Shown: positions 49,301-56,714 of the stretch, piece after piece | Numbering within the stretch: position 1 is the stretch's first letter | Layout: each line of letters opens with the position of its first letter | From: a virus | Strand: one strand, 5' to 3' | DNA length: 64,000 nucleotides | Virus record (IMG/VR): IMGVR_UViG_3300032285_004073 | Span: 112,808-176,807 of that record | Translations under genes and position numbers: made by a program | The notes under the pieces: model-generated | Seen by the model: only the letters and a program-made list of their open reading frames with translations | Database searches by the model: none | What the model was told of the DNA's origin: nothing

Positions 49301-50795
49301 TAGTATAATCAAATTTATATAAAAATGCTTGTTCTGTTGCACTTAAAGAATTGTCTGAATAAACGGAATTAATTCTTAAGTTATTTTCTCTTTTAATAAT
49401 ATTGTCTGCAACATCAGAAAATTTACCAGCTAAAGATCCTTGATTTACTAAACTAGTTTGATTGAGATAAAGATCTGAACCAGAGGACAAAGGAGTAGAA
49501 GATGTGTAATATTTTGATAATATCTTTTGTTTAATAGTAGGATCAAGAACTTCAAATAAAGGTTGAGACTCATCATTTATACTATATTCTTTAAAATCTA
49601 AACTCTTGTAATCTAATTTAAAACCTACATAAGGAAATAAAAATGAAGTAGTGTCATTAGCCTTTAATGTTTTAGCAAGAGTATCATAAACTGTTTGTTG
49701 TGATATACCTTTTAACCAAGCACCTTCTATGACTCCATTTTTATCAGTAAAGATTAAATCGGAATCTAAATAGCTATTACCTGTAACATAACGATTCAAT
49801 GTAAAATTAGAATCATTAATATTAAGAGGTTCAAATATATTAGTAAAAACATCTTCGTTAGTAATTTTATCGCCACTAGGCCAATAGAACCAATTATTTC
49901 CATATTGGAAATCTAAATTCATTATATAATCAGGAGGTCTATTATCCTCGGTTAAAGGTACAGCAGTTAACCCATAAACATTTTCTCCTAGATATTTTTG
50001 AGAACCTATAATTTGATTATTGATTAAAGATGTAAAAGAAGAAGAAAGGGCTAGAGTCGAAAGAGTGGAAAACGATGTAAGGTATTGATTAAAAATTTTA
50101 GATAGAGGAGTAGGAGCAACTCTTGAAAGGAATCGAGTTGATAACAATCCGTTTATTTCTGAATCAGATAAATCAGTAAAAGGTTCTGCATCTGTAAAGC
50201 TTATATATTCATCTATAGAAATTGAAGGATCTGAATCATGGTAATTGTTTTTATCATATAATTCTTCTATTTCTATAAAGAAATCTTCTTTAACTTCCGA
50301 CAACTCCGGATAAAATGATGCTAATGGTGATACTGGAACTCTAGTATATGAATAATCTTTTTTTGTAAAATTGTTTAAAACATATTCATATAAAACATTT
50401 TCTAAACCTAAATTAGAACCATTTAAACTATCTCTGGTTTTAGTTCTTTTTAAAAATTCTCTTTTGGATATTATTATTTGAGATATCTCTTTGAGCTTAT
50501 GTGCAATATAAGGAATAACATAAATTAGATCTTCATCCTTTGTATAGTCAATATCTGATAAGAACAAATCTCTTTCGTCTTGATTAAAAAGATGGGTCAG
50601 ATCTTTTATTAATTGTATATATTGTTGTTTAACACTTTGAGATATCGTATAAGATGAATTTTTAGTATTACTATTCTGATACCAGGAATTAAGATAATCT
50701 AAATAGACTCTTTGAGATGTATCACCAGAACTGCCTTGTTCATTAGCCCAGTCTTGATACGATAAAGGTGTAGAAGTGTTTAACGAAATACTCAT
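46305..50795 (-). CDS. Large virion structural protein with an inserted VWA domain (~47700-48345)
   Basis: DLVVLLDNSRS (MIDAS DxSxS), TNISDAL..A, KKILIFSDG. Confidence 0.75.
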   Translation of the reverse strand: MSISLNTSTPLSYQDWANEQGSSGDTSQRVYLDYLNSWYQNSNTKNSSYTISQSVKQQYIQLIKDLTHLFNQDERDLFLSDIDYTKDEDLIYVIPYIAHKLKEISQIIISKREFLKRTKTRDSLNGSNLGLENVLYEYVLNNFTKKDYSYTRVPVSPLASFYPELSEVKEDFFIEIEELYDKNNYHDSDPSISIDEYISFTDAEPFTDLSDSEINGLLSTRFLSRVAPTPLSKIFNQYLTSFSTLSTLALSSSFTSLINNQIIGSQKYLGENVYGLTAVPLTEDNRPPDYIMNLDFQYGNNWFYWPSGDKITNEDVFTNIFEPLNINDSNFTLNRYVTGNSYLDSDLIFTDKNGVIEGAWLKGISQQTVYDTLAKTLKANDTTSFLFPYVGFKLDYKSLDFKEYSINDESQPLFEVLDPTIKQKILSKYYTSSTPLSSGSDLYLNQTSLVNQGSLAGKFSDVADNIIKRENNLRINSVYSDNSLSATEQAFLYKFDYTNLPISVGDNNIYWPLTVIDSTTSNVPATLDKEVCLPIALKDIHNGYAMSGAVAGTTLNEADVIYKLNFGVNNDPIEAAWLGSGSLSQLDIVNSIPVYDTPATHCANYIDSSIQSSLNFKVNEGGYTSFIWLGPDTPAEDVFYYCKHSSDCAYGKSFPHDFYTNQDYQNPNPLNNTKSFPLNTHPCTCKAVNHSPIGNQGQTLKDYYGMADYLFADPFGLGSSFKIDNWIDTRGLNVYNSPQFSFFQIDGTKDLDIGFGTGKWQTGNNKPMILKTGRRYTYYRNPLKISTASTNATVPYLVINHVYNNLSINCPNNFSGQVDLVVLLDNSRSQRFDIDTVKQLLKSLAVSINNTQADVKISLISFDSNVKLLSFLTKDIYYILDKINQTNIEDYPNFSTNISDALQLAQTILYTNYPADNRCSVSNLSGACIDLNETINQVAELPSYDNCPRPNASKKILIFSDGQETNNIGQAIPIALQIKNTGVEITSMDIGYYASYNQIMETMSSDGCYFNLRNYLLDSDGDLNNFIQYYSLKLLGCGPGIPSWYKAILSSNGSWTQTFIPSDMVLRPGDYIKYSHRSSVIHTDALKGSFNTPSISFPINVKLDGWDYGTNQYSLSAVGVNFGAKPFWGKVYVNTDSVNNFNKQTMSFAGQIRFVNDYVPISQPEISQMVLNNNCYIEYINRSNRNIDWKEFLPFTVPTFNIQWNKLIINKEAPNSCYNLTPSTLLNLVTYSTDEKSDLTLESYSDFKPAKYNYYSRNPFKYTQNLYNINFCNNSFFPVVSSLVTEAMEPYANLDNVHFPTVATVSFPSNMVSKTQTGGYMSPDRFGTSYYRGKGYNISLDLNSVTYFNSISAELLFLDIEKYGPRNRGLSKNDQLAPVIINHVDNSWMFQPYYAGKVAGTIIDTVNNQKLVPYQSSYEIDTKNQIGLSTQSDNFQFWDPNNFKVWTGGPNYPPTFRNELSFNSYNDRITSLLTNKGVLNQWRTDVFGNNYGLFKS

Positions 50796-50801
50796 TTAAG
50801 A

Positions 50802-50954
50802 TTAATTTTGTGGTATGGTAATCGGAGTAGATGTTTGATTACCCTTATCGTCTGTACAGCATTGTGAAATATTCAAAACATATACCGGAAAACTTCCTTT
50901 AACGACTTTATTATTTTTAATATAAGATAATAATTTAATAATAGTCTGATTCAT
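50802..50954 (-). CDS. Small hypothetical protein, 50 aa (not in the ORF track)
   Basis: MNQTIIKLLSYIKNNKVVKGSFPVYVLNISQCCTDDKGNQTSTPITIPQN; preceded by TAAGTA. Confidence 0.5.
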   Translation of the reverse strand: MNQTIIKLLSYIKNNKVVKGSFPVYVLNISQCCTDDKGNQTSTPITIPQN

Positions 50955-50963
50955 ATTATCAAA

Positions 50964-50969
50964 TACTTA
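50964..50969 (-). promoter_or_regulatory. Late-promoter-like TAAGTA heading the minus-strand structural block
   Basis: TACTTA on the plus strand, back-to-back with the heme oxygenase promoter. Confidence 0.5.
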
Positions 50970-50970
50970 C

Positions 50971-50998
50971 TTGACATAGCAATTTTTTTTAATATAAT
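50971..50998 (+). promoter_or_regulatory. Consensus sigma70 promoter of the bilin cassette, probably leaderless
   Basis: TTGACA-N16-TATAAT, ATG 6 nt downstream. Confidence 0.8.
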
Positions 50999-51004
50999 AG
51001 CTGT

Positions 51005-51577
51005 ATGAATGATAAAAATTTACAACAACGCTTAAAAGAAGAGACTGCAGAGTTACATCGTGAGTCGGAACAACACCCTTTGATGCAATCATTTGTAACA
51101 GGTTCTTTTAAAAAAGAACACCTACTGGATGTATTAATTAATCTCCTTCCTATCTATCAGGTTGTAGAACAACGACTTATCTCTAAAGAAATTATTAACA
51201 ATCCAGAACTCAAGAGAAGTATTAATATTCAAAAAGATATTGATAAACTTGTGCAAGACATAGGTTTAGGTAATCGACAAGTAAGAAAGATTACATCACA
51301 TTGGTTATCTTTTTCTTGGTCTAGAAAATTAGATCTCTTAAAGGGTGATCTCTATCTCAGATGGTTGGCAGATTTCTATGGAGGAAGAATTCTTGCCAAG
51401 TCTCAAGCACCCTATAATGAAACATATGCTTCAGAAAACCCAGGTGCAGTTATTACTACAGTAAGATATATTTTAGATCAAACCTCAAATGATACTACAG
51501 ACGACGAAATTGTAGAGCATACTAAGGGATTTTTTAAATTTCATATTCAGTTATTTGAAGATATATGGACCAATTAA
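51005..51577 (+). CDS. ho1: Heme oxygenase (Ho1/HemO-like)
   Basis: LKEETAELH18RESE (proximal His helix); LYLRWLADFYGGRIL matches HAYTRYLGDLSGGQIL; F...I.LFE. Confidence 0.9.
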   Translation: MNDKNLQQRLKEETAELHRESEQHPLMQSFVTGSFKKEHLLDVLINLLPIYQVVEQRLISKEIINNPELKRSINIQKDIDKLVQDIGLGNRQVRKITSHWLSFSWSRKLDLLKGDLYLRWLADFYGGRILAKSQAPYNETYASENPGAVITTVRYILDQTSNDTTDDEIVEHTKGFFKFHIQLFEDIWTN

Positions 51578-52209
51578 GACAGTATTTTGATACCATTACA
51601 CAAGACTTTAATAGTCTTTTAGGTTATTCAAAAACAGGACCTAGTAATTTTATTAGACCAAATTGGATTAACAATTACTACGAACATCATAATCCAGCGT
51701 TAAGACATGCCCATCTTCAGTATTATAAAACTGATAGAATTGGTATTGTACACCTCAACGTATTTCCACAACCCACAATTGATTATCCTATATTAGGTGC
51801 AGACTTAATTGAAATTGGTGGCAAGATTACTGGGTTCTTTCTTGATGTAACACCTATTCATAAAAATCAAATTATACAAAAATCTCTTATACAATTTAAA
51901 AGTATATTGAAGTCACCTCAAAGAAAATTACCAGAATGGGCTAATTTCTTTAGTGAAAATTTTATCTGTATTACACCAGATGAAAATGAAATTGATTATA
52001 TTATGAATAGTTCGAGATATATTATACGTAACTATCTTATTAATCTTAAATTGTATAAAGACAAATATAAGGAAAATATAAAAAAGCAAAATGATTATTG
52101 TATTGGACAAAAGAAAAACGATAAGACATTTAAAGCATTAGCAGCTGATATCGGCGAAGAAGAAGCTAAAAATTTCCTTAATAATTTTATGTTCCCAGAA
52201 ATAGGCTAA
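51565..52209 (+). CDS. Ferredoxin-dependent bilin reductase, PcyA/PcyX-like
   Basis: RHAHLQ...VH63LNVFP...PILGAD80...DVTP, RKLPEWA.FFS, QNDYC..QKKNDKT..AL....G..EA..F....F align with PcyA. Confidence 0.9.
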   Translation: MDQLRQYFDTITQDFNSLLGYSKTGPSNFIRPNWINNYYEHHNPALRHAHLQYYKTDRIGIVHLNVFPQPTIDYPILGADLIEIGGKITGFFLDVTPIHKNQIIQKSLIQFKSILKSPQRKLPEWANFFSENFICITPDENEIDYIMNSSRYIIRNYLINLKLYKDKYKENIKKQNDYCIGQKKNDKTFKALAADIGEEEAKNFLNNFMFPEIG

Positions 52210-52218
52210 GTATCAATA

Positions 52219-52413
52219 ATGGATTCCAATTATAGTAATGATGCAGGACAACGCTACCCGACAGGGTTTGAATCAAATGTAAATCGCAGTATAGCTGGTA
52301 ATGTAGTACTTAAAATACCGATACCTCATAAAAACCAACACCAAAAAAAAATTAAAGATCTTTCTGATTGTATCACCAGATTAGCAAATCTTTTAACGAA
52401 AATCAACTCTTAA
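52219..52413 (+). CDS. Hypothetical protein
   Basis: 64 aa; TAAGTA at 52207-12, 6 nt upstream. Confidence 0.55.
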   Translation: MDSNYSNDAGQRYPTGFESNVNRSIAGNVVLKIPIPHKNQHQKKIKDLSDCITRLANLLTKINS

Positions 52414-52449
52414 TATTTGATTTTCGAGATTCTCTTCATAATTAGATAC

Positions 52450-52638
52450 ATGATACACAAATACAAAATTAATATCTCTTTCTCAGGTTCTACTTTCGGT
52501 GAAAGGGAAACAGCTCTTAATAGAGAAATAGAAAAAGTTCAAAGAGCACTTGTATCCCGAGGATTTAAAGTCATTGATTTTGAGGTTAATAGTAAAACAT
52601 ATCAAAAGGCTATTGTAACTTTTACTTATAATGGTTGA
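52450..52638 (+). CDS. Hypothetical protein (start uncertain, 52417 or 52450)
   Basis: Co-oriented and tightly packed. Confidence 0.5.
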   Translation: MIHKYKINISFSGSTFGERETALNREIEKVQRALVSRGFKVIDFEVNSKTYQKAIVTFTYNG

Positions 52639-52673
52639 TTTTTAGGTCTTATTGTTATAATATAACAAACTAT

Positions 52674-53126
52674 ATGAAAACAAATATCGAAATATTTTTA
52701 TCTTTTATTATTAAGAGCGTCTCTGGTCTTTTACTTAAATTGATTCCGGGTTTAACACTATTGGTTAATATAAATAAGTGGGCAAACATAAATATTGAAT
52801 TAATTTCAGATGAAAAATCTTTAGTTGAAGCTGATTATTACAATCTTTCTGAAAACGATATTGTTAATTTATTTAGAGAACTTAAATATCTTGCAGAAGA
52901 AGGACATTCTAACCATAAGCAATATCTTATTAAGAGAGTTAATTTCTTAGCAAATGAAGGATTAAATTTTACAGACAATATTAATCTTCCAGAATATCGC
53001 AAACTTAGTCCAGATGAAATCCAAGATATCTTTTTTAAAGATATTGAAAAACCTAAGAGAGGACGCAAAAAGGGTTCACATTCTAAAAGAGATAAAAAGG
53101 GTCGGTTCACTTCTAAAAAGAAGTAA
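52674..53126 (+). CDS. Hypothetical protein with basic C-terminal tail
   Basis: KPKRGRKKGSHSKRDKKGRF; start uncertain (52635 or 52674). Confidence 0.55.
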   Translation: MKTNIEIFLSFIIKSVSGLLLKLIPGLTLLVNINKWANINIELISDEKSLVEADYYNLSENDIVNLFRELKYLAEEGHSNHKQYLIKRVNFLANEGLNFTDNINLPEYRKLSPDEIQDIFFKDIEKPKRGRKKGSHSKRDKKGRFTSKKK

Positions 53127-53151
53127 AATATCCACAATGTGAATATTTTGG

Positions 53152-53180
53152 TTGATCTTTCCCCTATTTGGGAATATTAT
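53152..53180 (+). promoter_or_regulatory. Sigma70 promoter of the DUF932 gene
   Basis: TTGATC-N17-TATTAT, then a G-poor CA-rich leader; imperfect inverted repeat 53125-53149 just upstream. Confidence 0.6.
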
Positions 53181-53230
53181 AGATCTAACAATAACACCAA
53201 AACATTAACAACCAAATAAAACACACACAT

Positions 53231-54040
53231 ATGGATACATACACACTAAATCAAGCAATTCAGATGGCGCCCGCAATCGCCGCAACGGAGCCTTCACCGA
53301 TCGTTTCTGATCGTTACAGCTTCATCAACACCGGAGAGTTCCTCGAGAAGGCAATCGATTCCGGTTGGACCATCCGTGATGTTCGCCAGAGCAGGAACCG
53401 TTTCGGGATGCACAAGGTGGACCTCATCCAGACCCAGTACAAGGACAGTAGCACAGTGGGAGAGGGTATGCCTCAGATCAGCATCATCAATAGCCACGAT
53501 CGCTCCAAGCGATTTCAGGTTATGATGGGCTTTTTCCGTTTGGTTTGTTCCAATGGTCTTGTGATTGCCACAGGAGCTAATCTTAATATTCGAGCCATGC
53601 ACCGCTTCGGTGATGATAAGCTCTCTACTCTCATGAGCACCATGGAGCAGGGTATTAAGCAGTTCAGCGTCATTGGTCAGAAGGTTGATCAGTTCCGCGA
53701 TCGTATTCTCTCTCAGGAAGAGAAGAATGCCCTGGCGCGCTTCGCTCACTACATCAGGTTCCGTTATCGCCAGAATCTTCCTACCTCCATTAAGCCAGAT
53801 GCTCTCCTTGGAGTTCGTAGGGATGTGGATAAGGGAGATGATCTCTGGAGGGTTTACAACACCATCCAGGAGAATATGACTCATGGAGGTCTTAACCTTG
53901 GACGCGGTCTCACCCGTCTTGAGGATGATACTCGTTTCAATAGTGAGTTCTGGGTCGGAGCTGAGGCAGCTCTTACGCACCGCGGAGCTGATTTCGAACA
54001 CACGCTCAAGTCCCTCTTCCCTAAGAAGGAGAGGGCATAA
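53231..54040 (+). CDS. DUF932/DUF945 family protein (phage/plasmid)
   Basis: SDRY.FI.T, NSHD.S..FQ...G.FR.VCSNG, DLW.V.N..QEN motifs; GC-rich, C-ending codons. Confidence 0.85.
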   Translation: MDTYTLNQAIQMAPAIAATEPSPIVSDRYSFINTGEFLEKAIDSGWTIRDVRQSRNRFGMHKVDLIQTQYKDSSTVGEGMPQISIINSHDRSKRFQVMMGFFRLVCSNGLVIATGANLNIRAMHRFGDDKLSTLMSTMEQGIKQFSVIGQKVDQFRDRILSQEEKNALARFAHYIRFRYRQNLPTSIKPDALLGVRRDVDKGDDLWRVYNTIQENMTHGGLNLGRGLTRLEDDTRFNSEFWVGAEAALTHRGADFEHTLKSLFPKKERA

Positions 54041-54044
54041 TCAT

Positions 54045-54170
54045 ATGGCTGGCAAAGGATCCAAACCTCGTATTAAAGACTATAAGAAGTATGTTGAGAA
54101 CTTTCCAAAGCCCTCTAAAAAAGTAGAGGGCTTTGTGACAGTCAAAGGCAAACAAACTAAAAAATATTAA
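54045..54170 (+). CDS. Small basic protein, 41 aa
   Basis: MAGKGSKPRIKDYKKYVENF...; ATG 4 nt after the DUF932 stop. Confidence 0.6.
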   Translation: MAGKGSKPRIKDYKKYVENFPKPSKKVEGFVTVKGKQTKKY

Positions 54171-54250
54171 ATTGAAAGTCAAAGATATGGCAGTGATTAT
54201 TCCTAGATAAGCTTGCTCTTCCTTATTATTATCTATAATATATATTCATA

Positions 54251-54769
54251 ATGAAAAACATAGCAAAACTTATTTTAGTGATATTAGCTCTATATCTTTC
54301 GGCTTGTGCTTATTACCCTCCTCCATATGTAAATGCAGAAGGAGTCACAGTTTATCCGCAAGCATGCTATGGTACCGGAGGGGTATATGGTGGTGGATAT
54401 TATCCAATTTACGGAGGATACGGAGGTTGGGGTGGTTGGGGTGGTGGTTACGGATCTGGCAACAGTCTCTTTGGTTGGAATAATGGTAATAACGGTAATA
54501 CTACCATTAATAATGTTTATACCGGAGGCAATACTACAGTGTCTGCTACATCTACAAGAAATATAAATACAACCTCATATAGAGGAAACAATAGTGGTGG
54601 AGGTAGTTATCCAGTTTATGGCAATGCCGGTAGTTATCGAGGTGGAGGTAGCTATCCTGTTTATGGTAATACGGGCGGTTATCGAGGCGGAGGATATGGA
54701 GGAGGCGGTTATCGAGGCGGAGGATATGGAGGAGGCGGTTATCGAGGCGGAGGAGGATATCATCGATAA
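54251..54769 (+). CDS. Gly/Tyr-rich lipoprotein with RGG-like tail
   Basis: Signal peptide with LSAC19 lipobox; GGYRGGGYGG repeats. Confidence 0.75.
   Translation: MKNIAKLILVILALYLSACAYYPPPYVNAEGVTVYPQACYGTGGVYGGGYYPIYGGYGGWGGWGGGYGSGNSLFGWNNGNNGNTTINNVYTGGNTTVSATSTRNINTTSYRGNNSGGGSYPVYGNAGSYRGGGSYPVYGNTGGYRGGGYGGGGYRGGGYGGGGYRGGGGYHR
54674..54754 (+). repeat. 30-bp coding tandem repeat x2.7
   Basis: GGCGGTTATCGAGGCGGAGGATATGGAGGA unit, no spacers. Confidence 0.85.
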
Positions 54770-54900
54770 TGTATTACTTTTGGTTAGTATATTATTTTAT
54801 TAAAAAATCTCCAGAGATTATATATCTCTATATATACAGAGAGATTCTTTATATTAGATTATTAATTTTTGAATTGTTTGATATCTAGAATAAATATCTA

Positions 54901-55887
54901 GTGACCCAAATTTTTAATTTAACAATTCAAAAACTTTTAAGCGAATCTAAAGCAATGGCTTTGACTCCTGAAGAGGATCAAGAAGTTAAAAAGGCTATTA
55001 TAGAATATAAAGAATTAATATCATTAATGGATGAAGTAGGTATTAATAACCCTCATCGTCTTACCCCTAAACAAATGTTAGATTTAGGGCAATATAAGAT
55101 AGCCGGTAAACCTATAATTTTTAAAGACATATACATAGGCGGTGAAAGAATCCACGGTATTCAATTAAGTGATATCAAATATAAAAACCGAGCTAAAAAA
55201 GAAGGTAAGCAAGATACTAAGGCCATAGTATATGTAAATTTTGCAAAAGCAAAAATAGATTTAGCAGCTTATATTTTTGAAGCGGATAAGGAAAATAGAG
55301 CTTTGGGTATCAAAAAACCTACAGTAGTCATTAATAATGATTATGTAGGTGGTAAATTAAAAGATCTTTATGCTTTAATTTCTCATGAAATTTTACACGG
55401 CGTTCAAAGATATAAAACACGTAGTCCTGGATATGAACAAGCCACAGAAGACATTATGAATGGCTTAGAATGGGATAAAGTGGATTATTATACAGACCCA
55501 GGAGAAATGGAAGTTCAGATAGGAGAAGTTGTTGGTAACATTCGTTATTATTTTGATAATGAATATTCTAAATATCAAAAGTTTAATAAAACAGAAGGTT
55601 ACCCTGTAAAGGGATGGGAAGAAAGAAAAAAACTTATATTAGAAGATTTAAAAAGATTCTTTAGTAACCCACCGGAAAATTATTACGAATATAAAAAATT
55701 TAAAGTTCCAGAATATTTAAAGCGTAGTGAAGATTTCATAGAAACTATTGTAGGACTCTATGGAGCATCCAAAGAAACCGATAAAGGATACGAAAAGAAA
55801 CAATGGGAAAAACCTTGGAGAAAGCTTCAATCTGCATTATTTAACGTATACAATGAATTGGACAAAAAATATTTAAAACCTTCATAA
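54901..55887 (+). CDS. Putative zincin metallopeptidase, late protein
   Basis: ISHEILHGVQ (HExxH) and downstream Y...P.E.E; TAAATA 4 nt before the GTG. Confidence 0.6.
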   Translation: MTQIFNLTIQKLLSESKAMALTPEEDQEVKKAIIEYKELISLMDEVGINNPHRLTPKQMLDLGQYKIAGKPIIFKDIYIGGERIHGIQLSDIKYKNRAKKEGKQDTKAIVYVNFAKAKIDLAAYIFEADKENRALGIKKPTVVINNDYVGGKLKDLYALISHEILHGVQRYKTRSPGYEQATEDIMNGLEWDKVDYYTDPGEMEVQIGEVVGNIRYYFDNEYSKYQKFNKTEGYPVKGWEERKKLILEDLKRFFSNPPENYYEYKKFKVPEYLKRSEDFIETIVGLYGASKETDKGYEKKQWEKPWRKLQSALFNVYNELDKKYLKPS

Positions 55888-55922
55888 TACTTAATATACA
55901 TAGATATATCATAAGTATTAAT

Positions 55923-56309
55923 GTGAACTCTCACCCCTCAGAAGAGCATATCCAGGAAAAGGTTTTAGCAAATTTTCAAAATGCTGCAAAGATTTTTTAC
56001 GAAGATTTACAAGATGATTTTTTAAAAGATATTCGAGCCAAATTAGATGATGGTACTATTCAAGTAGATGAAGATGAAATAGCAGAACTTTCTTTAAAAT
56101 ATGCCAAAGAATATGAGTCCATGTTAAAAAGGACTAAAAAAGAAGAAAAGTTTATTAAAGGTTATGTTAATGATACTTTTGATTTAGTTTGTGATAGTCT
56201 TAGTGAAGGTTTAATAGAAAAAGAAGAAGCTGAAATAGTATTTGTAACCCTTAAACATATACTCACAGCGGGTAAAATAGAAACAGATAAAAATACCAAA
56301 TTAAAATAA
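55923..56309 (+). CDS. Hypothetical acidic protein
   Basis: TAAGTA at 55912-17, 5 nt before the GTG. Confidence 0.55.
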   Translation: MNSHPSEEHIQEKVLANFQNAAKIFYEDLQDDFLKDIRAKLDDGTIQVDEDEIAELSLKYAKEYESMLKRTKKEEKFIKGYVNDTFDLVCDSLSEGLIEKEEAEIVFVTLKHILTAGKIETDKNTKLK

Positions 56310-56312
56310 TAT

Positions 56313-56340
56313 TTGACATACGTTCTTATTGTTATAAAAT
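56313..56340 (+). promoter_or_regulatory. Sigma70 promoter, probably leaderless
   Basis: TTGACA-N16-TAAAAT, ATG 7 nt downstream. Confidence 0.75.
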
Positions 56341-56347
56341 AATAAGA

Positions 56348-56572
56348 ATGAAATATATCACTTATATTATATATTGTGTATTTATGTACAGCTTAACATT
56401 TATGCCTTTTTTCTATGTTATTTTTTGGAAAAATGCTAGTCCTTGGTGGTTTTTATTGGCAGCTCTTATGGCAAATTGTACGTCATCACCATCTGCTTGG
56501 GGATTATCTGGAGAGATTAAAAAGGACGTAGAAGAAAAGATTTCACACATTATTACAGATGACAAGGAATGA
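56348..56572 (+). CDS. Small membrane protein (two TM segments)
   Basis: Hydrophobic N-half, SPWWFLLA. Confidence 0.65.
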   Translation: MKYITYIIYCVFMYSLTFMPFFYVIFWKNASPWWFLLAALMANCTSSPSAWGLSGEIKKDVEEKISHIITDDKE

Positions 56573-56693
56573 AAAATTAATCCTTAATTCAGAAGATTAT
56601 AATTGGTATAAAGAATATAGAAAACAGATTTTGAATCTTCCTAAGGACCAAAAATTCAAAAAAAAGAAAAAAAGAACTTTCCATTCCAAATAA
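56559..56693 (+). CDS. Small basic protein, 44 aa (not in the ORF track)
   Basis: MTRNEKLILNSEDYNWYKEYRKQILNLPKDQKFKKKKKRTFHSK fills the gap. Confidence 0.45.
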   Translation: MTRNEKLILNSEDYNWYKEYRKQILNLPKDQKFKKKKKRTFHSK

Positions 56694-56714
56694 TATTCTA
56701 TATTATACTTGGAT

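Noticed and set aside
9655-50795. Eukaryotic giant virus origin suggested by huge repeat proteins and RCC1
   Set aside because: T4-type gp23, gp21, gp6, gp25, late promoters and bacterial sigma70 promoters identify a tailed bacteriophage.
51005-52209. Host (cyanobacterial) DNA contamination or proof of a cyanobacterial host
   Set aside because: The genes share the phage AT bias, promoter style and tight packing. No photosystem genes are in the window, so host cannot be assigned from this cassette.
53294-54001. 235-aa minus-strand ORF
   Set aside because: Antisense shadow of the GC-rich DUF932 gene; no motif, promoter or independent support.
54674-54754. CRISPR-like 30-bp repeats
   Set aside because: Directly adjacent with no spacers, in frame within a Gly-rich ORF, and no cas genes in the window.
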